Notes: generated by a model not told the origin, from the sequence alone. 64,000 bases of DNA from an uncultured delta proteobacterium (GCA_963804955.1 CAWDSQ010000026.1:96001-160000), one strand, 5' to 3'. Shown: positions 1-11,374, counted from the stretch's first letter. Numbers and translations: made by a program.

Positions 1-99
1 AAAAGGGATTCCCGTCAAGCGGGAATGACAACAAATGCGGTCATTCAGCTAACGCACTAAGCTGTTTTCTGATTTTCGGTTACAAGATTTAGTTACATG
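1..99. repeat. Dispersed repeat, copy 1 (partial, runs off the window start); includes GATTCCCG..CGGGAATGAC palindrome arm and ends ...GATTTAGTTACATG
   Basis: Aligns by eye with 56748-56845 (shared CAGCTAACGCACT..CTGTTTTCTGATT.TCGGTTACAAGATTTAGTTACATG). Confidence 0.85.
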
Positions 100-1766
100 G
101 CTTTTTGATACTCCCGCCACAGCTGCGCTTTGGTGGCCCGGTGCTCAATGAAATCCCACGGAAAAAGCTCGTAGTGCGCCCGCTCCCGATAAACGTAAAA
201 ATCGGGATTTATGTCGCTTGCGCGAAATGCCCTGCCCCAGTCTCCACCGAATTCATGAGCCTTCAGGAGCATCCTGCCGACCCTGCGGTCGCCGCGGCTT
301 AAAAGAGCCTGAACATAGCCCCATTTAGGCAGGTCGCAGGTTACCTGAACCTTGCGCTCCGCACGCAGGGCCGAGGTAATCAGCTTCAGCTTATGTTTAA
401 GCACGGCCACATCGCCGAATACCGCCCACTGAAACGGGGTCCAGGGCTTGGGCACAAAAGGGCTGATGCTGAGCTGTATGCGGTTGAGCCATTTTTCAGC
501 CTGTGCTTCTTTGTAATAGATATGTTTGATCCGGCGCACCAGTTCGACAATCGCCGCTATATCATCATCGGTTTCCGTGGGCAGGCCGATCATGAAATAC
601 AGCTTGATCGAGGGCACCCGGCAGCGCGACAGAACCCTGACCGCTGCTTCAATCTGCCCAAGTGAAAGATTTTTGCCGATAGACCGGCGCAGCCGCTCAG
701 AGCCGGCCTCGGGCGCAATGGTGAATGTTTTGTGGCCGCACTGCTGCAGCAGGCCGACGATTTCATCGGTAAGCGCGTCGGCTCGAAGCGACGAAACCGA
801 CACCATAACGCCCTTTTCCATGAGCGCCCGGATCAGGGCCGGCAAATGCGGATAATCAGAAACCGCAGCGCCCATAAGGCCGATTTTTTTTTGCACGACA
901 TACAGCTCTTCAATATCAGGAAGGAGCGTTTTTGCGCTCCGCGGCCGATAGGGATTATACACACTGCCCACAGCGCAAAACCGGCAGCTCCGGGCGCATC
1001 CGCGGCTTACCTCGATAAGGCCCATATCGCTGAACTCGGTCTGAGGTGACAGAAAACAGGATGCGGTGGAAAAGCTGTCGACCTTACTGATCTGACGGCA
1101 GGCAATGCGCGGCGGAAAGCCCGGCAGCGCATCGCGGGATGCGAGGCAGCCATTCTCACCATAGTGCAGCGTATATCCCGAGGGAATATAGATTCCGCTG
1201 ATATCCTTATATGACGCGGTATCGCGGCAGGATTTTGCCGCCTCGAACTGATTCACTGCAGCAGTGCAGAACTGCTGCAGCACCTCTTCTGCTTCACCGA
1301 TAACAAAAAGATCAAAAAAATCCGCCAGCGGCTCCGGATTGAGAAAAGCTGCAACTCCGCCGGCAATCACCAGCGGCCTGCGGCTGTCGCGCTGCGACTG
1401 CACAAGAGGAACGCGGCCAAGGCTCAGCATGGTCAGAATATTGAGGTAATCATTTTCAAAGGAAAGAGAAAAGGCGATAATATGAAAGGCGTCAAGCGGT
1501 GTTGCCGATTCAAGGGAGCAGAGCGGCCTGCCCGTGCGCTGCAGTTCGGCCAGATCTTTCGCTTCAGGCAGAAAAACGCGCTCGCAGCGCACCTCGGGAT
1601 TTTCAGCAAACAGCCGGAAAACCGCCTGGAACCCGAGATTTGACATGCCGACATAATAGGTATTAGGGAAAGCAAGGGCAATGCGCAAAGGGCCGTTTCC
1701 CTGTTTTTTGAGCAGAGCCGTTTCAGTTTTACGTTCAAAAGTTTTCACGCGACCGGGCATGGGCAA
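93..1766 (-). CDS. Radical SAM protein with N-terminal B12-binding-like domain
   Basis: 557 aa; CxxxCxxC (CARSCRFC), N-terminal FPNTYYVGMSNLG, APEAGSERLR and YFMIGLP motifs. Confidence 0.85.
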   Translation of the reverse strand: MPMPGRVKTFERKTETALLKKQGNGPLRIALAFPNTYYVGMSNLGFQAVFRLFAENPEVRCERVFLPEAKDLAELQRTGRPLCSLESATPLDAFHIIAFSLSFENDYLNILTMLSLGRVPLVQSQRDSRRPLVIAGGVAAFLNPEPLADFFDLFVIGEAEEVLQQFCTAAVNQFEAAKSCRDTASYKDISGIYIPSGYTLHYGENGCLASRDALPGFPPRIACRQISKVDSFSTASCFLSPQTEFSDMGLIEVSRGCARSCRFCAVGSVYNPYRPRSAKTLLPDIEELYVVQKKIGLMGAAVSDYPHLPALIRALMEKGVMVSVSSLRADALTDEIVGLLQQCGHKTFTIAPEAGSERLRRSIGKNLSLGQIEAAVRVLSRCRVPSIKLYFMIGLPTETDDDIAAIVELVRRIKHIYYKEAQAEKWLNRIQLSISPFVPKPWTPFQWAVFGDVAVLKHKLKLITSALRAERKVQVTCDLPKWGYVQALLSRGDRRVGRMLLKAHEFGGDWGRAFRASDINPDFYVYRERAHYELFPWDFIEHRATKAQLWREYQKAM

Positions 1767-1840
1767 GATATAGCATGCAAAAAAGCAGCCTGCAAGCTTC
1801 CGTGCCCGCAGGCTGCTGAAAGGCCATCACGCTGCCGGCA

Positions 1841-3049
1841 TCAAAAGCTCTGCTGCCGGCGAACGAACGTAGGGATATCATATTCGCCATCATCGGCAAA
1901 CTCGCTGATAATGGTTCCGATATTGATAACATTGGCTGGACGCTCCGACGGACCTTTTACGCGCTCCCGCGCCATTGCTTCCTGCACGGGGGCCGGTTTC
2001 GCATGAGGCGCAGGCTTCGGGGCATCACCGGCCGCGCGGTCATGAACAAGCGTGGGCCGCATCTGGCCGGATACGGTTTTCAGCGCGGCATCGCTCACAA
2101 AGCCCGTGGCAATGACCGTAATTTGAACCTTTTCGGCCATATTGTCGTCAATGGAAGCGCCAAAGATAATATTTGCATCTTCATGCGCCTCATCGCGAAT
2201 AACATCGGTTGCCTCGCTCAAATCGTGCAGGGTCAGGGAGCTGCTGCCCGTAATATTGATCAGCATGCCCCGTGCGCCCCGAATTGAAATATCATCAAGC
2301 AGGGGGTTTGAAATAGCCTTGCGGGCGGCTTCAACAGCGCGGTTTTCTCCGCTGTGCATGCCGATACCCATGAAGGCCATGCCCATATCCCCCATGATGG
2401 TCTTCACGTCGGCAAAATCAAGATTGACCAGGCCCGGCACATTGATAAGGTCTGAGATCGACTTGATGGCATGCAGCAGCACTTCATCCGCCATTTTAAA
2501 ACCTTCAAGCAGGGTGGTGCGCTTTTCGGCGATGGTGAACAGCTTTTCATTGGGGATGACGATCAGCGAGTCGACATGCTGCTTCAGCTCGTCAAGGCCC
2601 TCCTCTGCCACGCGGTTTCTGACCTTTCCCTCAAACCGGAACGGCTTGGTGACAACGCCGACCGTCAGGGCTCCCATGGCTTTTGCCGCCTCGGCAATGA
2701 CCGCAGCAGCGCCCGTACCGGTGCCGCCGCCCATGCCAGCCGCCACGAAAACCATATCTGCGCCCTCTATGGTTTTTTGAATGCGGTCTATGTTCTCAAC
2801 GGCTGCTTTTTTACCCACCTCGGGATTGGCCCCTGCGCCAAGGCCTTTGGTCAGGCCGTCGCCCAGCTGAATCTTGTGCATGGAGCGGTTGTTCTCAAGA
2901 GCCTGGCGGTCGGTATTGGCAACAATAAACTGAATGCAGTCGAGCTTGGAGGCTATCATGGTGTTGACCGCATTGCAGCCAGCGCCGCCAACGCCGATGA
3001 CCTTGATGCACGCGCTCTGATGTTGTTCCTGATCAAACTGAAATGACAT
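1841..3049 (-). CDS. ftsZ: Cell division GTPase FtsZ
   Basis: IKVIGVGGAGCNAVN, GMGGGTGTG tubulin motif, NLDFADV, C-terminal DIPTFVRRQ. Confidence 0.99.
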   Translation of the reverse strand: MSFQFDQEQHQSACIKVIGVGGAGCNAVNTMIASKLDCIQFIVANTDRQALENNRSMHKIQLGDGLTKGLGAGANPEVGKKAAVENIDRIQKTIEGADMVFVAAGMGGGTGTGAAAVIAEAAKAMGALTVGVVTKPFRFEGKVRNRVAEEGLDELKQHVDSLIVIPNEKLFTIAEKRTTLLEGFKMADEVLLHAIKSISDLINVPGLVNLDFADVKTIMGDMGMAFMGIGMHSGENRAVEAARKAISNPLLDDISIRGARGMLINITGSSSLTLHDLSEATDVIRDEAHEDANIIFGASIDDNMAEKVQITVIATGFVSDAALKTVSGQMRPTLVHDRAAGDAPKPAPHAKPAPVQEAMARERVKGPSERPANVINIGTIISEFADDGEYDIPTFVRRQQSF

Positions 3050-3085
3050 GATCCGTCCTCCTGTATAGGATTGTGATTGCTTTAT

Positions 3086-4321
3086 TTAGAAAGCTTCAGC
3101 AAACCACTGCTTCATCTTGCCGCTGATCCCCCAACTGGAGGGGACTCTTGAGCCGGCTGCCGCAGTTTTCTGGATTTTTTGTTTAACATCTTCGCGGCCG
3201 GCAAGATACACGAGACCGACAGCGCCGGAATACATGGGGTGATAGACATCTCCCATTTCACGTACCCCCTTGGGATACCCGACCCGGACCGGAACGCCCA
3301 GCACCTGCTGCGCCACCTGGCAAATGCCCGAGAGCATGGCCGTGCCGCCGGTCAGCACGACGCCGGATGAAAGGCCCTCCAGACAGCCTGCCTGCACAAG
3401 CTCCTTCTTTACCAGCTGAAAGGTCTCCTCGACACGGGCATGAATAATCTGGCAGAGCGTTTCTTTGGAGACGGTGCGGCTGCCGGGATCACCGATGCTG
3501 ACGACTTCCATGGTGTCGTTCTGCCGCATCTTTACCCGAAAAGCCGTACCGGAATCGCATTTAAGCTCTTCGGCCTCTGCCAGAGGGGTGCGAAGCCCGA
3601 TGGCAATGTCGGAGGTTATATGATTGCCGCCGATGGGAAGCACCGAGCAGAAACGAACCGATCCTTTCGAAAAAACCCCTATATCCGTGGTGCCGCCGCC
3701 GATATCGACAAGAGCGCAGCCGAGCTCCTTTTCATCCGGAGTAAGAACGGCCTCGGCAGCCGCCAGATGCTGCAGGATGATATCCTGAACTTTAAGGCCG
3801 CTGCGATTCAGGCACCGCACCACATTCTGCGCAGTCGCCACCGTTCCGGTTATGATATAGACCCGCGCTTCAAGCCGCACCCCCGACATGCCCAGAGGAT
3901 GCTTGACACCCGCCTGGTTGTCCACCACGTACTCCTGCGGGACAATCTGCACAACTTCCCGGTCAGTAGGAATCACAACGGCTTTTGCCGCATCAAGCAC
4001 CGCCGCAAGATCGCTGCGCCGCACTTCCCGGCTGCTCAGCGGAACGACCCCGCTGTTTGCCATACCCCGTATATGGCTTCCCGAGATGCCCACGACTGCC
4101 GCTGAAATATCGCTGCGCGCCATCTGCTGAGCCTGCTTCATGGCCCGCTTGATGGAGTCAACGGTACTGTCCATATTGATAATGGACCCTTTTTTTACAC
4201 CATAGGAGGGCTGCGAGTTGAACCCGGCAACATGCACCTCATCGCCGATCACTTCCCCGATGACCACGCTTATCTTGCACGTGCCGATATCAATGCCTGC
4301 AATAATTTTTTTTCTTGCCAT
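3086..4321 (-). CDS. ftsA: Cell division protein FtsA
   Basis: GIDIGTCKI, VDIGGGTTD, GVVLTGG, C-terminal amphipathic KMKQWFAEAF; upstream of ftsZ. Confidence 0.98.
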   Translation of the reverse strand: MARKKIIAGIDIGTCKISVVIGEVIGDEVHVAGFNSQPSYGVKKGSIINMDSTVDSIKRAMKQAQQMARSDISAAVVGISGSHIRGMANSGVVPLSSREVRRSDLAAVLDAAKAVVIPTDREVVQIVPQEYVVDNQAGVKHPLGMSGVRLEARVYIITGTVATAQNVVRCLNRSGLKVQDIILQHLAAAEAVLTPDEKELGCALVDIGGGTTDIGVFSKGSVRFCSVLPIGGNHITSDIAIGLRTPLAEAEELKCDSGTAFRVKMRQNDTMEVVSIGDPGSRTVSKETLCQIIHARVEETFQLVKKELVQAGCLEGLSSGVVLTGGTAMLSGICQVAQQVLGVPVRVGYPKGVREMGDVYHPMYSGAVGLVYLAGREDVKQKIQKTAAAGSRVPSSWGISGKMKQWFAEAF

Positions 4322-4366
4322 ACAACGTCATCCTCTCTTCAAGAAAACGTTTGTTATAAGTTTGTA

Positions 4367-5238
4367 TCAGCCCACTTTTTTACTGTTTTTAGTCTGTTTT
4401 TTTTCACCTTCAGGAACGGCCAGCATAACAGTAGCCTGTTTGACCGTACCAAGATGAATGCTCCGGGCGCTCAAGCCTTTCATGGCCAGATCGCCCTGAA
4501 CGAATGCAAGCAGCCTCAGCTTTTCTTCAAAATCGCCAAACCCCACAAACACCTGCGTGCCGGTGGCAGTATCGTCAATGGTCAGTCCGACTGCAGGTTC
4601 AGCGACAATGCGCGTCCCGGAGCCGGGCCGGAGCATGCCGCGGCTCTCAAGCCCGCCCAAAAGGCCAAGAGCAGCATCAACAACCTGCGCAGCTGTCTGG
4701 CCGTTTGCCAGCACATACTCGCGCGTCAGCCCCGTAATACGAGGCAGCGTATCAGAGGTTTGGTCGGAGCATAAAAAAACCTCCCCATGGCTGTCCACAA
4801 GGCAGGCTGTCATCCAGCTGGAGCTGGGCTGCGGCCTGGCGCTCTTCAACCTGTATTTCGATAGTGTCGGGCAGTATGCGCTTCACGACTGCCCGGTAAA
4901 TCCAGGGGTCCTCCTCAAGCAGGCGCATCGTTCTGGTCACATCGGCAAAAAGTATATTGCGCCCCGGCGCGATGCCGGCGCGTTCGGCTATCCTGTCGCA
5001 GTCAATCAGGTTGCAGCCGCTTGTACGCATCGTTCGGATTGCCAGAAAATCTGCTGTCACAAGATAGAAGCATGTGCCGGCAACCAGCACCGCAGGCAGC
5101 AGAACGGGCAGAACCAGCCGCAGCAGCAGTGTTCCGCCGGCGGCAAATCTTCCCGCCTGTTCCTGGCGGCGGGTCCGCTGCTGCAGGACGCCTGCGGAGG
5201 TCTTTCTGCTTTTTCGGTTGAAACATGCTCATACTCAT
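4367..5238 (-). CDS. ftsQ: Cell division protein FtsQ/DivIB (split by several indels)
   Basis: Pieces 5002-5238, 4752-5090 (POTRA-like PWIYRAVVKRILPDTIEIQVEERQ) and 4367-4849 (LVDSHGEVF..LPRITG); position between ddl and ftsA. Confidence 0.8.
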
Positions 5239-5251
5239 ACAGATCTCTCGT

Positions 5252-6227
5252 CTATCGTGATGCCCGCTTATGCAGCCGGGCACTCCATAAAATCCGCTCC
5301 ACAAGCCTTTCAAAGTCAATGCCGGCATGGCCTGCGGCCTTGGGCAGGAGGCTTGTCTCGGTCATGCCCGGTATGGTGTTTATTTCAAGAATAAAGGGCC
5401 TGCCATCCGGTGTCAGGAGAAAATCAACCCGCGCCGCACCGCTGCAGCCAAGCACCGCATAGGTCTCCCGGGCAAGCTTTTGTATCTGCAGGGTAAGCTC
5501 CTGCCCCTATTTCAGGCGCGACAACATACCTGGTCGTTCCCTGGCTGTGGTACTTGGCTTCAAAATCATAAAAACCGTCCTTGGCAACGATCTCGACCAG
5601 AGGCAGCGGCTCGCCCGTTCAGCACCGCCGCTGTCAGTTCCCGTCCCTTGACAAATTCTTCAATCAGTATCTCGCGGTCATACTGCGCTGCCAGACTGAC
5701 CGCCTTGCCTATGTGCGCGGCATCCCTGACTATGCTGATGCCGATGGTTGACCCCTCTTCCGGAGGCTTGACGACAAACGGAAGGGGCAGGCTGATTGAT
5801 GTGGCTGCACGCTCAACATCTCCGTCTTCGGCAAACACGACCTGAAAGGCAGGCGTCGGCAGGCCATGATAGGCCAGCATCTTTTTTGGTAGCCACCTTA
5901 TTGATGGAAACAGCACTTGCCAGCACTCCCGATCCGGTATAGGCAATTCCCAGAAGTTCCAGAAGGCCCTGAACCGTGCCATCCTCCCCGAGGGCGCCAT
6001 GCAGGGCGATATAGGCAACATCAATCCGGTTTGTTTTCAGACTTTCGGCAATATTTCTGTCCGCATCGAGAGCCACAGCAGTATAGCCCTGCTCCCTGCA
6101 GGGCATGCAGAATGGCGCCGCCTGTCTTGAGGGATATGTCCCGCTCCGATGACATGCCGCCCATCAAAACGGCAATCCGCTTTTTTAAAAACTGCGCTCT
6201 TAATTCTTCATCGGTATTTTTAGCCAT
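5252..6227 (-). CDS. ddl: D-alanine--D-alanine ligase (split by indels)
   Basis: [63 protein letters not shown] distributed over several frames. Confidence 0.93.
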
Positions 6228-6258
6228 TTCCTTAATCCTGAATCATGCACAAGCGATA

Positions 6259-7638
6259 TTATCTATTGGCTGCCGCCAGCCCCTTCAGTATCACCTCGCC
6301 CGACTTCCATACATCACCGGCCCCGAGAGTCAGCAGAACATCGCCCTGCTGCAGAAAATCCGCAAGAAAAGCCTCGGCGGTTTTAAAGTCCGGAATATAT
6401 TTCACATCCTTATGGCCGTATTCCTTCAGGCTTTCGCAAAACCTGAGCGATGTGACATCAGGCAGGGGCGCCTCGCCTGCGGGATAAATATCTGCCACAA
6501 CAAGCACATCGGCATCGTAAAATGCCGTCATAAATTCATTGAAAAGATGAAAGGTGCGTGAATAGCGGTGCGGCTGAAACAGCACAACGATCCGGCCCGG
6601 CGCAATCTGCCGTACGGCCTTGAGCGTCATCTTGATTTCGGTGGGATGATGTCCGTAATCGTCGATCCAGGTGATGCCGTTCTTTTTTCCGCGCAGCTGC
6701 AGGCGGCGCTGTATGCCCTTAAAATCGGCAAGGCCCTTCCTGATGGCCTTGAACTCAAGGCCCAGCTCAAGCCCCACGCCGATAGCGGCAAGTGAGTTGC
6801 AGACATTATGCATACCGGGAATACCGAGCTTGACCGTTCCGAGCTTCTTTTCATGCCGGTAGACCGAGTACGTGGTCATGTGCCCTTCGAGCCTGATATC
6901 GCGGGCCTGCAAATCGGCCTGCGTGGCGCGTCCATAGGTCAGCACCCGCTTTTTAATGCGGGGTATGATGCTTTGAATATTCTCGTCATCCAGGCATATG
7001 ATATTGACGCCGTAGAAGGGCACCTTGTTGAGAAATGTTACAAAGGCCTCTTTGATTGCATCGATATCGGGGTAAAAATCCATGTGCTCCCGGTCGATAT
7101 TGGTGACCACGGCAATGGTCGGCGGCAGATTGAGAAATGAGCCGTCGCTTTCATCGGCCTCGGCCACAAGAAATTCTCCGGAGCCGAGCACTGCATTGGT
7201 ATTGGTCTTGATCAGCCTTCCTCCCACGACAACCGTCGGATTGACGCCGCCCGCCTCAAGCACCGCAGCCACAAGCGAGGTGGTGGTGGTTTTGCCATGG
7301 GCCCCGGCCACGGCTATGCCGTACTTCAGGCGCATGAGCTCGCCGAGCATCTCGGCACGGGGAATCACCTGTATGCCCCGCTCCTGGGCGGATTCCACCT
7401 CGGGATTGCCTTTTTTTATGGCTGATGAAATGACCACGACATCGGCGTCGGTAAGGTGTTTTTTTTCATGGCCGTAGCAGATGCGCGCGCCGCAGGCAGC
7501 CAGGCGCTCGGTACTCTCAGACCTGCGGGCATCCGAACCGCTCACCCGGTACCCCAGATTCAGCAGCAGCTCGGCAATGCCGCTCATGCCGATGCCGCCG
7601 ATGCCAACAAAATGAATATGCTGATTTTTTTTATACAT
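6259..7638 (-). CDS. murC: UDP-N-acetylmuramate--L-alanine ligase
   Basis: HFVGIGGIGMSG, GAHGKTTT, EADESDGSF, DDYGHHPTE; likely start MYKKNQ at 7638. Confidence 0.98.
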   Translation of the reverse strand: MYKKNQHIHFVGIGGIGMSGIAELLLNLGYRVSGSDARRSESTERLAACGARICYGHEKKHLTDADVVVISSAIKKGNPEVESAQERGIQVIPRAEMLGELMRLKYGIAVAGAHGKTTTTSLVAAVLEAGGVNPTVVVGGRLIKTNTNAVLGSGEFLVAEADESDGSFLNLPPTIAVVTNIDREHMDFYPDIDAIKEAFVTFLNKVPFYGVNIICLDDENIQSIIPRIKKRVLTYGRATQADLQARDIRLEGHMTTYSVYRHEKKLGTVKLGIPGMHNVCNSLAAIGVGLELGLEFKAIRKGLADFKGIQRRLQLRGKKNGITWIDDYGHHPTEIKMTLKAVRQIAPGRIVVLFQPHRYSRTFHLFNEFMTAFYDADVLVVADIYPAGEAPLPDVTSLRFCESLKEYGHKDVKYIPDFKTAEAFLADFLQQGDVLLTLGAGDVWKSGEVILKGLAAANR

Positions 7639-7640
7639 AG

Positions 7641-7826
7641 TCAGCCTTTCCCGCGCAGCCGTTTCTGGCTGCGTCCGTAAAAAATCACACCGGTCCTGAC
7701 AAACAGGGCCTCCATGGACACGATGCACTGAATAAGCGCAGGGCGCTTGCGCAGCTGATAGCGCAGCGTCATGATTCTGTTGAGAATAACATGATTCATG
7801 CTGTTGCGGGCATTAACGATATCCAT
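7641..7826 (-). CDS. Small basic hypothetical protein (61 aa) between murG and murC
   Basis: ATG at 7826 preceded by GGGAGGAGG; overlaps the murG stop and ends 2 nt before the murC start. Confidence 0.45.
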   Translation of the reverse strand: MDIVNARNSMNHVILNRIMTLRYQLRKRPALIQCIVSMEALFVRTGVIFYGRSQKRLRGKG

Positions 7827-8910
7827 GTCCTCCTCCCTTCTCCGCTGCCAGTCGGCAGCATTCCTCAACGACCTGTCCTGCCGCATCGGGCTGTGCAAGC
7901 AGGCGGGCACATGCTGCCATGCCGGCAACTTTTTTGCGGTCGGCATGTAGCGCAAGGACTGTCTGCGCCAGCGAACTGCCGGTGAGCTCGCCGGCAAGCA
8001 GCATGCACGCAGCGCCTTTGGCGACAAAAGCGCGCGCATTGTGTTCCTGATGATTATTGGCGGCATACGGATAGGGAATTAAAATCGACGGTTTGCCGCA
8101 CAGTGCAAGCTCGGCAAGGGTCGAAGCCCCGGCGCGCGATACAACGATATGAGCCTGTGCATAGGCGCTGTACATATCATCGATAAATGGCGACACCATG
8201 GCAGTAAGCCCGTGTTTTTCATATCCCTCCGATACCATCCCGGCATCCATGGCGCCGGTCTGATGAATAAAGCGAATAGAGCCCCTGCTGCTCTCAAAAG
8301 CAGGGAGGGCTTCCATCATGGCTTCATTAATGGCATGGGCGCCCTGGCTGCCGCCGCAGATAAATACGCACAGGCGGCCGTCATCAGGCTCCGGAGCAGT
8401 ACCCTGCTTCGACATGCGCACGGGCATTCCTGCAAAAACCGTTTTGCGGGCATTAAAAAAAGGCCTGCTTTCTTCATAGGAAATAAAAACCCTGTCGGCA
8501 ATTGCGCCTAGAACGCGATTGGACAGACCGGGCATGCTGTTCTGCTCATGAATTGCTGCGGGTATGCCCAGAGCTTTTGCAGCGGCAATGCCGGGAAATG
8601 AAATATACCCTCCAAGGCCAAGCACCAGATCGGCTCTGTGCCTGCGCAGGCAGGCAGCGGCTCGCAGAAAGGCCCGCGGCAGCGCTAGAACTGCACCGAG
8701 CTTCTGCACCGGGCCTTTACCCTTAAAGCCTCTCACCGGGACAGTCTCAAGCGCTAATCCCAGTTTCGGGAGAACGCGAGACTCAAGGCCTTTTTCCGTA
8801 CCAAGAAACAGTATCTGCGCACCTGAATCGCGGCGCAGAAATTCCTGCGCAATCGCCACCCCCGGAAAAAGATGGCCGCCTGTTCCGCCGCCTGCGATTA
8901 CGATATTCAT
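7813..8910 (-). CDS. murG: Undecaprenyl-PP-MurNAc-pentapeptide GlcNAc transferase
   Basis: AGGGTGGHLFP, HEQNSMPGLSN, GGSQGA, SRAGASTLAE, HQEHNA. Confidence 0.98.
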   Translation of the reverse strand: MNIVIAGGGTGGHLFPGVAIAQEFLRRDSGAQILFLGTEKGLESRVLPKLGLALETVPVRGFKGKGPVQKLGAVLALPRAFLRAAACLRRHRADLVLGLGGYISFPGIAAAKALGIPAAIHEQNSMPGLSNRVLGAIADRVFISYEESRPFFNARKTVFAGMPVRMSKQGTAPEPDDGRLCVFICGGSQGAHAINEAMMEALPAFESSRGSIRFIHQTGAMDAGMVSEGYEKHGLTAMVSPFIDDMYSAYAQAHIVVSRAGASTLAELALCGKPSILIPYPYAANNHQEHNARAFVAKGAACMLLAGELTGSSLAQTVLALHADRKKVAGMAACARLLAQPDAAGQVVEECCRLAAEKGGGHGYR

Positions 8911-10020
8911 GCTTTCCCCATAAAATGGCACTGCCCTGATATGCTCAGCAGTATGCCCATGCAGCTCATATCGACAAGCAGCGCGGTTCCGCCGTAGCTG
9001 ATAAACGGCAGGGGCATGCCCTTCGTGGGCAGCAGGCCCATCACCACGCCCATATTGATGATCGTCTGCAGGCCGATGAGCACGATAATGCCCAGCGCAA
9101 GGTATGTGCCGAACAGATCATAGGAATTCATGGCGATCTTGATGCCGCATGCCACAATGGTTACGAAAAGACCGATAACAAACACAACGCCGACAAACCC
9201 CATTTCCTCGCCGATAACGGCAAGAATGAAATCCGTATGCGGTTCGGGCAGGTACAGCAGCTTTTGAGTGCCCCTGCCGATGCCTGCGCCGAAAATACCT
9301 CCGGAGCCGAAGGCAAGAAACGACTGCACTATTTGAAATCCCGCTCCGGTCGGGTCCTTCCATGGATTCAAAAAAGTAACCAGCCGCTCCATGCGATAGC
9401 CCTTGGCGGCGATCAGGAGCGCACCTGCAACAAGACCCGACGGCCCCAAGGCCGAGCATGAAGCGTTTTTTTATTCCGGCGGCAAAAAGCATGACTAACA
9501 GAATGGATAGAATCATCATGCAGGTGCCGAAATCAGGCTGAACGATAATAAGCAGGCACAGCGGCATAACAAGCAGCAGATGCGGAAGAATCCCTATTGA
9601 GAATTCCTTGATGCGTTCGTTCTCTTTTTTAGCCAGGCAGTAGGCCAGAAGAATAACAACCGACAGCTTGGCCAGTTCCGCGGGCTGAAATGAAAAGAAA
9701 CCCAGAGACAGCCATCGAACAGCACCGCCCGCCTTCACGCCGATGCCGGGTATGAGAACAAGCACCAGCAGCCCGAGCGTCAAGGCCCAGAGAGGATAGG
9801 CGCAGCGCTTTAAAAAGCTGTAGGGCACGCGCATCATGATCAGCATGCAGCCGATGCCGCACAGGCCGAACAGGGCCTGCTTCTTAAGAAAGTACATGCC
9901 GTCATGATACCGTTCTGCGGCGATAATCGAGCTCGCGCTGTAGATCATCATGATACCCAGGCCAACGAGAATAACCGGGACAAAAAGAATAATGCTCTGC
10001 GTCAGGCTCCTGTTATACAT
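8907..10020 (-). CDS. ftsW: Peptidoglycan polymerase FtsW (one indel near 9450)
   Basis: MIYSAS, RWLSLG, FQPAELAK, QPDFGT; C-terminal part LPEPHTDFI, LPTKGMPLPFISYGG. Confidence 0.95.
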
Positions 10021-10027
10021 ATGGCAT

Positions 10028-11372
10028 TCATCCCTTCAGCTTTTTTACACTGTCAACGAAACACTGGCCGCGATGGGCATAGCTTTTAAACATATCGAAG
10101 CTTGCGCAGGCAGGCGAAAAAAGCACCGTATCGCCCGGGCATGCACGGGCGAAGGCTTCGGCCACGGCTTTTCCCAGAGAATCGGCAATGATCGTTGGCA
10201 CGACATGGCCGAGCTCCGCCGCTATCCGCTCTCTGGCCTCGCCAAGCACTACCAGGGCCTTGCCTTTGCCCGCAAGCAATGCCTCCAAAGGACGATAGCT
10301 GCCGCCCTTTGTCCTTGCCTCCGGCAATGAGGATGATGGGCCCCTCAAGGCTCTCAAGTGATTTGACGACAGCGCCGACATTGGTGCCCTTGGAGTCGTT
10401 GAAAAATTTGACGCCCCGTATCTCGTCAACGAATTCCATGCGGTGCGGAAGTCCGGTAAAAGAAATCAGCGTATCACCGATCACCTCTGCGGAAAGGCCG
10501 CACAGGAAGCCCACCGACCCGGCAGCCAGCATATTCTCAATATTGTGCGCGCCCCGCAGCTGTGCGCCTGAGGCGTCAAGCGTGAGACGGCGCCCGTCGC
10601 TGCGGCGGGCAAAATTGAACAGGCCGTCATGCCAGGCGCCGTTTTCAGTGCGCTGAGCGGCGCTGAAATAAAAAACTTCCGCCTTGATGGACGGAGCCAG
10701 GGCCAGTACAGCGGGGTCGTCGGCGCTGATCACGGCCACATCGCTGCTTTGCTGATTCATGAAAATGCGGGCCTTTGCCCTGCAGTATTCGTCAAATGAC
10801 GAATGGCGGTCGAGATGATCATCGGTCACATTCAGAAGCACGCTGATAAAGGGCCTGAAATGCCTGATTGCCTCAAGCTGAAAGCTGCTGATTTCGGCCA
10901 CGATATAGTCAAGTGTTTCGCTCTGCATGCAGCACTCGATAAGCGGCGTGCCGATATTGCCGCCGACAAAAACCCGCTTGCCTGCGGACTCAAGCAATGC
11001 GCCGATAAGCGATGTCGTCGTGGTCTTGCCATTCGTGCCGGTGACGGCGATGAGCGGCGCGCGCAAAAAACGCCAGGCCAGCTCGATTTCGCTTATCACC
11101 TCGATGCCGCGTGCCTGCGCCTCGATGACGGGCCTGATCATCATGGAGACGCCGGGGCTTATGACCACAAGGTCATGGCGTACAAACGTTTCAACCGAGT
11201 GGCCGCCTGCTTCGACAGCCATGCCCTGATCAAGCAGGTCGCCGGGCACATCAAACTTTTTCTGCATATCATTGAGCGTCACGAGGGCGCCCTTCCCGAG
11301 GCAGAAACGCGCGCTTGAAATGCCTGTTCTGCCGGAACCGACAACGAGAACTTTTTTACCCTGAAGATCCAT
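10028..11372 (-). CDS. murD: UDP-MurNAc-L-Ala--D-glutamate ligase (indel near 10305)
   Basis: TGTNGKTTT, EISSFQLE, DHLDRH, NDSKGTN; C-terminus SPACASFDMFKSYAHRG in shifted frame. Confidence 0.96.
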
Positions 11373-11374
11373 GC

